Origin: Eledone cirrhosa
Lineage: Eukaryota
Direction: 5' to 3'
Assembly (NCBI GenBank): GCA_964016885.1
Contig: OZ024764.1
Location: 17,112,001 to 17,176,000 of the forward strand
Length of the DNA: 64,000 bases
The notes under the pieces are model-generated. The model did no database searches, was not told the origin of the DNA, and was given only the letters and a program-made list of their open reading frames with translations. Shown here in pieces: positions 27,285 to 40,129 of this stretch (the first letter of the stretch is position 1; every line of letters starts with the position of its first letter). A program made the position numbers and the translations under genes.

Positions 27285-28275
27285 GAAAATACTGTACCAC
27301 TGTGAAATATGATGTTACATCGTCGTTTAGCATCCATTTTTCTATGCTTGCATGGGTTAGACAGGTCGTGCATGCCGGAATTGGCCACGCTATACCTTGC
27401 TGTATGTAAAGGAATGTAAATTTGGCCAGGGATTTTACAGCTGGATGCCTTTCCTAACACCAACCATGTTTACAGTGTGAGACTGGATGGCTCTGTTATG
27501 AGGACGGACAGGCCAGTTGGCCGAGCTGAGCCTGTCGCACAACGGAACCATAGTTTTGGAGCCCCATACTAGGTGGCACCGATACGAGGAGCCTATGATA
27601 ATTCTAATCTTGTTAACCACAAAATAAGACACACTGAAGAAAACCCCTTCTACTGTGAAATATGTGGACATCCTCACAAACACACCCTGGAAGGAAACCT
27701 TTTAACTGTGAAATGTGAGACACCCTTCCACTGTGAAATATGTGGACATTTTTTGTATCAAACGGTAACTTAAATAAACACAAACACACCCTGGAAAGAA
27801 ACCTTTTAACTGTGAAATATAAGAGACTCTTCTATTGCAAATCTCATCTTGTTGGCTACAACCATTGTCACACTGGTGAAAAACCCTTCCACTATGAAAT
27901 ATGTGAGACATCTTTTGTCTATAATAATTATTAAAATAAACAAAAACTAACAGATACTAGATGGGAAACCTTTAACCCTTTAGCATTTAAACCGGCCACA
28001 ATTCTCTCACCTCTTTCTGTTGTAACTAGCAGCTTATGCTGATGTTAAGGTATTGTTCTCAAAGTAAACAATATCAAAATCTCAGATTTTACGATGAACA
28101 TATAATAGTAAATATAGAGTAATGTAAATGCTAAAGGGTTAAACTGAAATGTGAGAGATCCCTTCTTTTACAAATTTAAACTTATTGTTCACTAACAAAT
28201 ACACATTGGAAAATATTTATAATGGTAAAATATATCAGAAATAAATTCTCTTTTAATTCTCATATTGTTGTCTAC
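27285..28275 (+). pseudogene. Decayed zinc-finger array downstream of ZNF3, interrupted by a SINE (27315-27595) and a MITE
   Basis: Repeated TGTGAAATATGTG and CACACTGG..AAAACC motifs with stops and frameshifts. Confidence 0.7.
27972..28142. mobile_element. Short piggyBac-like MITE with no internal array
   Basis: TTAA-CCCTTTAGCATTTA ... TAAATGCTAAAGGG-TTAA, inserted at a TTAA inside a finger remnant. Confidence 0.85.
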
Positions 28276-28568
28276 ATATTGTTTAACCCTTTAGCATTTA
28301 AACCGGCCATATCTGGCCAGAATTCTCTCACCTCTTTCTATTTAAACTGGCTGTAACTGGCCACACGTACTTATGTTAAGGTATTGTTCTCAAAATAAAT
28401 AGACAGACAGCTAGATATATATATATAGAGAGAGAGAGAATCAGAAGAAGAGATCAATATTGTATTGAATAGTTATTGTGGTTTATTGATTGGTAACACT
28501 TATAAATCATTGGTGGTGGCCATCTGGAAAGGATGGACGATAACAACAACGTTAGTTGATGTAGTTGT

Positions 28569-28621
28569 TTAACTTATTTTGAGACGGAGAAATATTGCAA
28601 TGGAGTCGGCTGTCCCATGAC
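28569..28621 (-). CDS. Gene B exon 5, terminal (GHGTADSIAIFLRLKIS*)
   Basis: tatttccAG acceptor, phase 1 compatible with exon 4, TAA stop, AATAAA about 80 nt downstream. Confidence 0.82.
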
Positions 28622-28978
28622 CTGGAAATAACAACAGTTTCTGATATAGACACAAGGTCAGTAATTTGGGGGGAGGGGAAAGTCGATTAAATCAACCCCA
28701 GTACATTACTGGTACTTTATTTTATCAACCCCGTAAGGATGAAAGGCAAAGTTAACCTCGGCAGGATTTGAACTCAGAACATAAAGGGCCATAACTCTAT
28801 GCTGCAAAGCATGGCGTCTGACGCTCTACCGATACTGCTAATCTAATCCACACAGGAAAATAAAAAAATGAACTCAGAACATAAAGGGACATAACTCTAT
28901 GCTGCAAAGCATGGCGTCTGGCCCTCCACCGATACTGCTAAGCCACACACATACAAAGTGAAATAAAAAATGAACTAC

Positions 28979-29136
28979 CGTTATGCCAAGTAGTCATTGT
29001 TTTCTTAGTTGAATAGAATATTGTAGGGTAGTGTGGTGAGTGAGTCCAGTTACAAATAGAATAAGCTTCCAAGAGAACAATCCAACCCAAGTCTTGGGTA
29101 CATTCGCGAGGCTCAGCCACGAAGAAACGACGTGTC
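28979..29136 (-). CDS. Gene B exon 4 (TRRFFVAEPRECTQDLGWIVLLEAYSICNWTHSPHYPTIFYSTKKTMTTWHN)
   Basis: ttacAG acceptor and GTagtt donor, 158 nt, paralog of 198-355. Confidence 0.9.
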
Positions 29137-29196
29137 CTGTAAGAAAGGAGGTAAATATGATTAGCTTTTATATCTGTGGAAAAATCATTTATCTAT

Positions 29197-30647
29197 TTAT
29201 CCCTTTAGCATTCACATTACTCTATATATACTATTGTATTTTCACAGTAAAGGCTTTACCTCACATAATATCTCACATAACATTTACATTACTCTATATA
29301 TACTATTGTATTTTCACAGTAAAGGCTTTACCTTACATAATATCTCACATAACATTTACATTACTCTATATATACTATTGTATTGTCACAGTAAAGTCTT
29401 TACCTCACATAATATCTCACATAACATTTACATTACTCTATATATACTATTGTATTTTCACAGTAAAGGCTTTACCTTACATAATATCTCACATAACATT
29501 TACATTACTCTATATATACTATTGTATTTTCACAGTAAAGGCTTTACCTCACATAATATCTCACATAACATTTACATTACTCTATATATACTATTGTATT
29601 TTCACAGTAAAGGCTTTACCTTACATAATATCTCACATAACATTTACATTACTCTATATATACTATTGTATTTTCACAGTAAAGGCTTTACCTCACATAA
29701 TATCTCACATAACATTTACATTACTCTATATATACTATTGTATTTTCACAGTAAAGGCTTTACCTCACATAATATCTCACATAACATTTACATTACTCTA
29801 TATATACTATTGTATTTTCACAGTAAAGGCTTTACCTCACATAATATCTCACATAGCATTTACATTACTCTATATATACTATTGTATTTTCACAGTAAAG
29901 GCTTTACCTCACATAATATCTCACATAACATTTACATTACTCTATATATACTATTGTATTTTCACAGTAAAGGCTTTACCTCACATAATATCTCACATAA
30001 CATTTACATTACTCTATATATACTATTGTATTTTCACAGTAAAGGCTTTACCTCACATAATATCTCACATAACATTTACATTACTCTATATATACTATTG
30101 TATTTTCACAGTAAAGGCTTTACCTCACATAATATCTCACATAACATTTACATTACTCTATATATACTATTGTATTGTCACAGTAAAGTCTTTACCTCAC
30201 ATAATATCTCACATAACATTTACATTACTCTATATATACTATTGTATTTTCACAGTAAAGGCTTTACCTCACATAATATCTCACATAACATTTACATTAC
30301 TCTATATATACTATTGTATTTTCACAGTAAAGGCTTTACCTCACATAATATCTCACATAACATTTACATTACTCTATATATACTATTGTATTTTCACAGT
30401 AAAGGCTTTACCTCACATAATATCTCACATAGCATTTACATTACTCTATATATACTATTGTATTTTTGTAGTAAACACTATCTTACATAATTATTGCACA
30501 TAATACCAAATCTATGAGATTTTGATGTTATTTATTTTGAGAACAATACCTTAACATCAGTATAAGTGGCCAGTTTCAACTGGTTTGAACAGAAAGCGGT
30601 GAGACATTTCTAGCCAGATATGGCTGGTTTGAATGCTAAAGGGTTAA
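29197..30647. mobile_element. piggyBac-like MITE with about 17-18 internal 72-bp units
   Basis: CCCTTTAGCATTC ... GAATGCTAAAGGG-TTAA. Lies in intron 3 of gene B. Confidence 0.87.
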
Positions 30648-31090
30648 AGCTGTATATAGCTATGGTGTGGCCACACTTAGAATTTGCACCACCAGTCTGG
30701 AACCCCTATCTTGCTCAGAACATTGACCTCCTGCAAACTGTTCAGAGACATGCAACCAAGCGAATACCCTCCATCAGGCATCTACCATACTCTGAACACC
30801 TTGCTTCCCTGGCCATGGATACATTGAAGCTCCGATGTCTGGCAACTGACTTGGTAGACACCCACAAGATTGTTAACCATCTCGCCAACAACAACCCTGA
30901 GCACCTTTTTGAATTCCATGTGTCTAACACCCCTGGACATGTCTAGAAACCTTGTCAAGAAGGCCGAGGGTGTCTTGGCATCATTCAATACGACCTTTGT
31001 CAGACGCTCTCCAGCTATCTATTTAAAGCTGTATATGTGTCTAACACACGTGGGTATGCCTAAAAGGTCAGAAAACAGCACAGCTTCCAG
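30648..31090 (+). mobile_element. CR1/L2-type LINE RT C-terminal fragments
   Basis: LYIAMVWPHLEFAPPVWNPYLAQNIDLLQTVQRHATKRI matches the CR1/L2 post-RT motif. Confidence 0.75.
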
Positions 31091-31250
31091 TGTTTTACTG
31101 GTACTTTATTTTATCGACCCTGTAAGGATGAAGGGCAAAGTTAACTCAGACCGTAAAGAGCTGTAACTCTATGCTGCAAAGCATATTGCCTGATGCTCTA
31201 CTGATTCCACTGCCAACCCACCGCTCTATGGTATAATAATTATAACGTAC

Positions 31251-31408
31251 TTGAATCCGGAAAATGAGAAATATGAAATTTTGTCTGGAACCGTCCATGG
31301 GGAACTTTTCAGATGTTTCTTAGAAAACCAACTTGTTTTTGTTGTATCATGTCCATCAAAAACCATGTTTACCACAGCTGTTTTGTTTTTGTAAATCACC
31401 ACTTTAAC
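31251..31408 (-). CDS. Gene B exon 3 (VKVVIYKNKTAVVNMVFDGHDTTKTSWFSKKHLKSSPWTVPDKISYFSFSGF)
   Basis: gttattttgttAG acceptor, GTacgt donor, phases 0/2. Absent from the ORF track. Confidence 0.9.
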
Positions 31409-31494
31409 CTAACAAAATAACAATATATATATATTTATATATATATATACATATATATATATTTATATATATATATACATATATATATATTTAT

Positions 31495-31860
31495 ATCATC
31501 ATCATCATTTTACGTCTGCTTTTCCCTGCTTGCAAGGGTGGGACGGGTCCTATTCAGCACAGCATCTTTCCACTTGTCACGGTCCTTCATCATCTCTTCC
31601 ATGAGTTTCAGCGATGTGAGGTCTGCTCTCACCACCTCCGCCCATGTTTTTTGTGGTCTACCTCTACCACGTCTTCCTTCAACTGGCATTTATTGGCACT
31701 TCTTTACCCAGCAGTCATCCTCCATGTGCATCACATGTCCATACCATCAGTCTTCTCTCCCGCACACTACAATTTATCCCTCTCAGACACAGTTTCTCTC
31801 TCAACACATCCATGCTCGGTCGTTCACGTACATTGACATTGCACATCCAACGGAGCATAT
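31495..31860 (-). mobile_element. RTE LINE 3' fragment with (GAT)n tail
   Basis: Homologous to 37499-38455. Confidence 0.8.
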
Positions 31861-32155
31861 CATCATCATCACCATTTTACATCCGTTCTTCCACGCTAGC
31901 ATGGGTTACACGGGTTGTCCTGTTGTGGGCAGTGTCCAGTCGGCTGACTTTGTCTTGCCATGGCAAAAAAGCACCCAGCACTCACTGTAAATGAGGTTGG
32001 TGTTAGGAAGGGCATCCAGCTTTAGAAATCAAGCCAGAATCAGTTCCCGTATGAGTAGGACAAGGTCAGCCGACTGGACACTGCCCACAACAGGACAACC
32101 CGTCTAACCCATGTTAGTGTGGAAGAACGGACGTAAAACGGTGGTGATGATGATG

Positions 32156-32202
<47 letters not shown>

Positions 32203-32219
32203 TGTCTATGTATACATAC

Positions 32220-32398
32220 CTCCTCAATTTGAAGATCTTCCCAAACATCAATGATCGGATGTCTGAAGAAATTAGGACAAAAGCTTCCTTTACATTTTTC
32301 CACGTTCCAATATATAGTATATCCGCTATTGACAAAGGTATTATAGAATCTGGAACCAGCCCCCATCGATAAGCCATAAACTTTTGTCCATTCACTGT
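32220..32398 (-). CDS. Gene B exon 2 (YSEWTKVYGLSMGAGSRFYNTFVNSGYTIYWNVEKCKGSFCPNFFRHPIIDVWEDLQIEE)
   Basis: attccAG acceptor and GTatgt donor, 179 nt, paralog of 5455-5633. Confidence 0.9.
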
Positions 32399-32419
32399 CT
32401 GGAATATAAATATATAGTA

Positions 32420-33800
32420 TCTAGAATAAGGATGGGTTGGAAGAAGTTTAGGGAGCTGCTTCCTCTGTTGAAAAAGAAGGGTTTCTCCCTGCAAACGAAA
32501 GGCCGGTTATATGATGTCTAGTGAGACAGGCTGTCAGTAGAGTGAGAGTAGAAAAAGAGTTTAGTGAGGAATTCCAGATACAAGTAAGAGTACAACTTTC
32601 AGTCCTCAGCCCGTTCTTGTTCATTATAGTCCTCCAAGCCATAACAGAGGAGTTTAAGACTGGCTGCCTATGGGAACTTCTCCATACTGACAATCTGGTT
32701 TTTATAGCAGAATCAGTAGAGGAGCTAGAGAGTAAATTCTGGCTATGGAAACAGCAGTTGGAAGCAAGAGGACTGAGGGTGAACCTAGCTAAGACAAAAG
32801 TGTTGATGAGTAGAAAAGAGGACAAAACTCTGATTCCATCAGGGAAATGGCCATTTTCGATATGTAGAAAAGGAACTGGCATAAATTCTATAGAATGTAC
32901 ACAATGCAGATCTTGGGTACACAAGAGATGTAGTGGGATAGCAGGCAAACTAACAGGTAGGGGAAAATATGTATGCAGTAGATATACAGGTCCCATCTGG
33001 GAAATGGCCATGCTCAGTGTGTAGGAAAGGCGTAGGTAGAAACTCCATTTTATGTCCCAAATGCAAAGTATGGGTGCATAAAAGATGTAGTGGGATCACA
33101 GGTAAGCTAACTAAGAACATAGATTTTACATGTGGCCGGTGCTCTGGTGCAATAAGTAGCAGCAAGTGCCCACAAAATACTAGCTCCTTCAACTGCGCAG
33201 AGGGTTCTATAGAAATAGTGGACAGCTTCCGTTATCTGGGTGACAAAATCAGCAGTGGGGGAGGGTGCTCTGAAAGTACAGTAGCTAGAGTCAGAACTGG
33301 ATGGAAAAAGTTCAGAGAGCTTATACCACTATTAGCCGCTAGAGGGTTCTCCCTAAAAATGAAAGGCAGGTTATACGATGCCTGCATACGAACAGCAATG
33401 CTGCATGGCAGTGAGACCTGGGCATTGTGTGCAGAGGATATACGCAGACTAGAGAGGAACGAAGCTTGCATGCTCCGCTGGATGTGCAATAGTAATATAC
33501 ATGAACGGCAAAGCATAAACGAACTAAGGAAAAAATTAGAAATAAGAGGGATCAGATGTTGTTTACTCGAGAGAAGGCTACGTTGGTACGGTCACGTGAT
33601 GCGCATGAAAGACGACAGCTGTATAACAAAGTGCAGGGCAATAAAGATAGACGGTAGCCACGGAGTAGGCAGACCCAGAAAAACATGGGACGAGCTGATA
33701 AATTCCGACCTCACACGCTTACACCTCTCCAAGACAATGTCACTGGACCGAGACCTTTGGCGGTACTCAGTAATAGAGAAGACCCACCTTACCTAAATAC
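32420..33800 (+). mobile_element. Composite of 5'-truncated RTE LINE ORF2 fragments in intron 1 of gene B
   Basis: Degenerate RT motifs (LSPFLFIIVL, ELLHTDNLV), Cys-rich KWPCSVC...C..C...HKRC insert, FRYLG, RRLRWYGHVMRM, GRPRKTW. Confidence 0.9.
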
Positions 33801-34446
33801 AAAGTAAAAACCTACTACAGTCAGTAGGCATCTCTATCAAAACACCCCCCCGTCCCACCACCTCCACCCCACCCACACCGCCCCTTTCAATGTAAAGTTA
33901 TGTTGGTCCCACAACATCCAGGCCGAAACAAATGAGATCGTGTAGGTGTCACGACAAAAAACACACAGTCCACGCTGTAAATGTGGCCGTGTAGGCAACA
34001 GAATAAAAACCTCCCAGCCCCACACTGTAAATGTGGTTGGTGTTAGGGAGGGCATCCAGCTGTAGAAAACCCGCCAGACAGTCCACGCTGTAATGTGGCC
34101 GTGTAGGCAACACGGTAAAAACCTCCCAGCCCCACACTGTAAATGTGGTTGGTGTTAGGAAGGGCATCCAACTGTAGAAAACCCGCCAGACAGTCCTATG
34201 CGAGCAAGACAACCACTCTTGCCTCAAGTGGAAAACCCCCGTCCAAACCCATGCAAGCGTGGAACACGGACGCTAAACCTGATGATGATGATGATGATGA
34301 TGATGATACAGGGAAATTAAACAGTAGAAGTTGCAGTGATAGACACATTTTTCCAATGCAGGTAGGTTCTATATACAGTAATGTAAACACTAAAGGGTTA
34401 AACGATGATGATGAATGTAAATGTTAAAGAATAAATAAGGTCTTAC

Positions 34447-34804
34447 ATCTAAAATAGCATTTTTCATTTCTGTTGTCGACCTTCTTGGTTTGAAGAATAC
34501 TAGTTTGAGAATAAAGTTTACAGACATTTTTTAGCATGTCATAACAGAAGAATTCCAGCTGCCTGGTTAGGGCAGCCATTGCACAGTTTCCTTTGGTGAT
34601 TGTGAGGAACTGGTCATTTGAAGAAGAAGAGGGGGGAATAATGTAACTGTAGGAATAGTTGGAACCCACAAAACGGTAAAGGGTTTCATTATATTCCTCC
34701 TCATTGACCGAGGTGAGATCTATGGCAGGAAGAAAGATTAAGAGGAACAAGAACAACAGCTGGGGTTGATGGTGGAAGCTGGCCATAACTGGACACTTGG
34801 ACAT
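34447..34804 (-). CDS. Gene B exon 1: signal peptide plus PAN/apple-like module
   Basis: MSKCPVMAS...LLFLFLLIFLPAIDLT...NCAMAA...FFCYDMLKNVCKLY...EKCYFR, GTaaga donor at phase 1. The five exons total 906 nt = 301 aa plus stop. Confidence 0.9.
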
Positions 34805-34864
34805 CGGATTTGTAGAATGACCAGAACGAAGCAGAAAAGAAAAGTGGGGACGGAGGTTGTAAGG

Positions 34865-35125
34865 AGTGGTGGAGGAGCAGAGTGTGTGGGATGGTGGGGA
34901 GTAGATTGGAGTGGGGGAGGAGCAGAGTGTGTGGGTAGTGGTGAGAGTGTGGGATGGTGGGGAGTAGATTGGAGTGGGGGAGGAGCAGAGTGTGTGGGTA
35001 GTGGTGAGAGTGTGGAATGGTGGGGAGTAGATTGGAGTGGGGGAGGAGCAGAGTGTGTGTGAAGAGGTAGTGTGGGATGGTGGGGAGTAGATTGGAGTGG
35101 GGGTAGTGGTGAGAGTGTAGGGTAG
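34865..35125. repeat. 63-bp G-rich minisatellite (about 4 copies) just upstream of gene B
   Basis: GGATGGTGGGGAGTAGATTGGAGTGGGGG repeated. Confidence 0.85.
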
Positions 35126-35299
35126 CCATGCAGGGGCAATAAATAAATATGTATGTATGTGTGGATTTCTAGAAACTATGGATACTGGTCATATTCAAGT
35201 GTAAACATGAAACCTTCCATGTTTACACAGTGAAATAATTACATATAAATTATAATGTGTAAACACATGAGCAAGGGTTTCTTTATTTAATTTATCTAT

Positions 35300-37045
35300 T
35301 GTCTCTCAACACATCCATGCTCGGTTGTTTACACACATTGACATTGCACATTCAACGGAGCAGACTTGCCTCATTTGTTGAGAGAGAAACTGTGTATAAG
35401 AGGGATAAGTTGTGGTGTGTGGGAGAGAAGACTGAGATGGTATGGACATGTGATGTGTTGAGAGAGAAACTGTGTATAAGAGGGATAAGTTGTAGTGTGT
35501 GGGAGAGAAGACTGAGATGGTATGGACATGTGATGTGTTGAGAGAGAAACTGTGTATAAGAGGGATAAGTTGTGGCGTGTGGGAGAGAAGACTGAGATGG
35601 TATGGACATGTGATGTGTTGAGAGAGAAACTGTGTATAAGAGGGATAAGTTGTGGTGTGTGGGAGAGAAGACTGAGATGGTATGGACATGTGATGTGTTG
35701 AGGGAGAAACTGTGTATAAGAGGGATAAGTTGTAGTGTGTGGGAGAGAAGACTGAGATGGTATGGACATGTGATGTGTTGAGAGAGAAACTGTGTATAAG
35801 AGGGATAAGTTGTAGTGTGTGGGAGAGAAGACTGAGATGGTATGGACATGTGATGTGTTGAGAGAGAAACTGTGTATAAGAGGGATAAGTTGTGGTGTGT
35901 GGGAGAGAAGACTGAGATGGTATGGACATGTGATGTGTTGAGGGAGAAACTGTGTATAAGAGGGATAAGTTGTAGTGTGTGGGAGAGAAGACTGAGATGG
36001 TATGGACATGTGATGTGTTGAGGGAGAAACTGTGTATAAGAGGGATAAGTTGTGGTGTGTGGGAGAGAAGACTGAGATGGTATGGACATGTGATGTGTTG
36101 AGGGAGAAACTGTGTATAAGAGGGATAAGTTGTGGTGTGTGGGAGAGAAGACTGAGATGGTATGGACATGTGATGTGTTGAGGGAGAAACTGTGTATAAG
36201 AGGGATAAGTTGTAGTGTGTGGGAGAGAAGACTGAGATGGTATGGACATGTGATGTGTTGAGAGAGAAACTGTGTATAAGAGGGATAAGTTGTAGTGTGT
36301 GGGAGAGAAGACTGAGATGGTATGAACATGTGATGTGTTGAGAGAGAAACTGTGTATAAGAGGGATAAGTTGTAGTGTGTGGGAGAGAAGACTGAGATGG
36401 TATGGACATGTGATGTGTTGAGAGAGAAACTGTGTATAAGAGGGATAAGTTGTAGTGTGTGGGAGAGACGACTGAGATGGTATGGACATGTGATGTGTTG
36501 AGAGAGAAACTGTGTATAAGAGGGATAAGTTGTGGTGTGTGGGAGAGAAGACTGAGATGGTATGGACATGTGATGTGTTGAGAGAGAAACTGTATAAGAG
36601 GGATAAGTTGTAGTGTGTGGGAGAGAAGACTGAGATGGTATGGACATGTGATATGTTGAGAGAGAAACTGTATAAGAGGGATAAGTTGTGGTGTGTGGGA
36701 GAGAAGACTGAGATGATATGGACATGTGATGTGTTGAGAGAGAAACTGTATATAAGAGGGATAGGTTGTGGTGTGTGGGAGAGAAGACTGAGATGGTATG
36801 GACATGTTATGCGCATGGAGGATGACCACTGGGTAAAGAAGTGCCAAGAAATCCCAGTAGAAGGAAGATGTGGTAGAAGAAGACCACGAAAAACATGGTC
36901 GGAGGTGGTGAGAGCTGACCTCAGATCACTGAAACTCACCGAGATGACAAAGGACTGAGACAAGTGGAGAGATGCTGTGCTGAATAGGACCCATCTCACC
37001 CTTGCAAGCAGGGAAGAGCGGACATAAAATAATGATGATGATGAT
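35300..37045 (+). mobile_element. RTE LINE 3' end with an internal 80-bp unit expanded about 18 times and an inverted 5' piece
   Basis: AGAGAGAAAC at 35381, 35461, 35541 ... The unit encodes LREKLCIRGISCSVWERRLRWYGHVM and runs on into the normal RTE 3' end and (GAT)n tail. Confidence 0.9.
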
Positions 37046-37454
37046 GTCTCTTTCAAATAAAGAGTCAGTGTCCTAGCATTCCTGGGCTATCTAGTGCATA
37101 CCCAGATTATTATGATGGATGGGTAAAATGTTCATAGTCTGACCAAGATACTCTCATGGAATGACCAAATGTGGTTTATATTTCAACACAGTCCCTGGAA
37201 AGAAACAATGTAGTTTTAATAAGAAGAGTTTGAAATTAATGCATGCAAGATTTCACAGTTCTAGCATCACTCCTTTATAATCAGCCTCTGTTGGTGTTAA
37301 TATTGGAACTGGTAGTGTTGATGGTAGTTGTAGTGGTGTTGGTCTTTATAACAGTTTGCTATATACATATATATATCAATAATATTAATAAACAGAACTT
37401 AAAACGATAAGTTCTTGCTTTTGGATATGTCACTATCTATAAAACAACTTTTGT

Positions 37455-37499
37455 ATTTTATCTGATGAGAGTGTACCAAAATTTTGGTACCCTTGAAAT
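37455..37499 (+). ncRNA. Hammerhead motif 5' half, split by an RTE insertion (remainder resumes at ~38459)
   Basis: attttat CTGATGA gagtgtaccaaa-at-tttggtaccctt GAAA. Intact homolog at 44296-44355. Confidence 0.6.
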
Positions 37500-38455
37500 C
37501 ATCATCATCATCATTTTACGTCCGCTCTTCCCTGCTTGCAAGGGTGGGACGGGTCTTATTCAGCACAGCATCTCTCCACTTGTCACGGTCCTTCGTCATC
37601 TCCTCCGTGAGCTTCAACAATCTGAGGTCTGTTCTCACCACCTCCGCCCATGTTTTTCGTGGTCTACCTCTACCACGTCTTCCTTCAACTGACATTTCCT
37701 GGCACTTCTTCACCCAGCGGTCAACCTCCATGCGCATCACATGTCCATCCACCTCAGTATCCTCTCCCGTACACTACATTCTATCCCTCTCAAACACAGT
37801 TTCTCTCTCAACACATCACATGTCCATACCACCTCAGTCTCCTCTCCTGTACACTACATTCTATCCCTCTCAGACACAGTTTCTCTCTCAACACATCCAT
37901 GTTGGGTCGTTCACACACATTTACACTGCACATCCAAAGGAGCATGCTTGCCTCATTTCTCTCCAGCCGTCGCATATCCTCTGCAGTTGCTGCCCATGTC
38001 TCACTACCGTGCAGCATCGCGCTCCTCACACAGGCATCATACAACCGGCCTTTTGTATGCAGGGAGAAACCCTTCTTCGTCAACAGAGGAAGCATCTCCC
38101 TAAACTTCTTCCAACCCGTCCTTATTCTAGATACTATGGCCTCGGAACACCCTCCTCCCATGCTAATCTGAGCCCCTAGGTACCGGAAGCTATCCACCAC
38201 TTCTATAGCGCCCTCCTGCATCTGAAAAATGTGTCTATCAATGCGACTTCTCTGTCTAATTTCCCTGTACATCTACTGCATACACATTTCTCCCTACCTG
38301 TTAGTTTGCCTGCTACCCCGCTACATCTCTTGTGTACCCAGGATCTGCATTGTGTGCATTTTATAGAATTTATGCCAGTTCCTTTTCTGCATATCGAACA
38401 TGGCCATTTCCCTGACGGAATCAGAGTTTTGTCCTCTTTTCTACTCATCAACACT
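37499..38455 (-). mobile_element. 5'-truncated RTE LINE
   Basis: ORFs 38203-38454, 37808-38272 and 37516-37752 give consecutive RTE ORF2 motifs. (GAT)n tail. Confidence 0.9.
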
Positions 38456-38607
38456 TTAATATATATAATAAAATAAATATGGTTTTATAAAGATAGTTTC
38501 CATTTATTAATATTATTGATAGTATACTCCAGAAGAAATTCTGTTGAGTGCTTCTAATCTGTTATAAATAAATTTGTTGAATAACCAACAAATTAAATAA
38601 CTCATTG

Positions 38608-38651
<44 letters not shown>

Positions 38652-38754
38652 GATATTCATGTGCAAACGTGTGTATAATATGTGTTTGTATATATATATA
38701 TACATGCATACATGTTGGAAGTATTGAATTCAGGGTGTATATTATGAGTAAACA

Positions 38755-38789
<35 letters not shown>

Positions 38790-39104
38790 TGTATGTATGT
38801 ATATATGTGTGTGTATATATATATATATGCTAGTGTGGAAGATAGACATTAAACAATGATGATGATGATGATAATGATATCCACACATCAATATATATAT
38901 ATATATACACAGATATTCATGTGCAAACATGTGTATAATATGTGTTTGTATATATATACACATGCATACATGTTGGAAGTATTGAATTCAGGGTGTATAT
39001 TATGGGTAAACAATATATGTGTATGTATAAAGAGAGAAGGATGATAAAACAATGAGCTAATTAATTCCAACTTGTTTTATTTTCATTGTTCAATAAACAC
39101 ACAA

Positions 39105-39145
<41 letters not shown>

Positions 39146-39146
39146 G

Positions 39147-39183
<37 letters not shown>

Positions 39184-39194
39184 TATAGATATAT

Positions 39195-40026
39195 TTCTTT
39201 ATTAGCCACAGGGGCACAAAAGAAGGGGACAAATACAAAGGGGGAAGTTTACATACAATAAAAACGTGTAAAATGTTATCACAGATGGAATTTAAAAAGT
39301 TAGTCGATTTTCCCCAATAGAGGGAGACAGTTTATATGGGTAACACATACTCCAGGAGTACGAAGAGTTTGTACTCCCTTCCTCTCCTCCTCCTTTTCCT
39401 CAACCTACAGGCTGATATAGAGAGAAGGCCCATTCACTTGGGCCATTCTCGCCACTTTCACCCACCTTTCATAAAACTTGCTGGGGTACAGCACCTCTCT
39501 CTCCATCCTGATTCTTCTTCCAAAGTGGTATTTGAAAAAAAGAATCAGTTGTTGGCCGGAGAGAAAGGTGTCTGACCTCAGCCCTTTCAACCTTGTCCAC
39601 CATACAACCTCTTTCGCCATAGCTATCACACAAAGGAAAACCGCCTCTCCTTCGTTTTTGAAGGAGGGTGGCGGTTTGATCATGACAATGGACTCGGTGG
39701 TCAACTGGACTGGTCCCACCCGCGACAATAGTCGTTCTACATAGCCCCACAGGTCAGTGACGCCCGGGCAGTGTATGAATGCGTGCGCGACGGTTTCTTC
39801 GTCTCGCACGCACCTCGGACAGATCTTTTTTGCAGGGTCCCTGCCCGGGCGCCCATGTCTGTAGAGCTTGTCTCGAACTGGTAGAGCTCCTCGGTAGCAC
39901 TGCCAGGCCAGGGACTTTTGGAAGTTGTCCATCGGTCCCAGGCGGAAGGTCCTACCGAACAGACTGGCCAGTTCATCTTCCTCTACGCCTAGAGTTTCAC
40001 CGAGCGCGTCGTCGCACTTGCTGCGG

Positions 40027-40030
<4 letters not shown>
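39195..40030 (-). mobile_element. L1/Tx1-type LINE 3' fragment with zf-RVT zinc knuckle
   Basis: AWQCYRGALPVRDKL...CPRC...ETVAHAFIHC motif. Flanked by (GATA)n. Confidence 0.82.
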
Positions 40031-40062
<32 letters not shown>

Positions 40063-40129
40063 CAGATAGATAGATAGACAGATAGATAGACATACAGACA
40101 GACAGACAGATAGATAGATAGATATAATA

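Noticed and set aside
32969-33796. 275-aa ORF as a host PHD/zinc-finger gene
   Set aside because: It is the C-terminal part of an RTE LINE ORF2, 5'-truncated and antisense within an intron.
35306-37056. 457-561 aa minus-strand ORFs
   Set aside because: Antisense frames of the 80-bp LINE-derived array.
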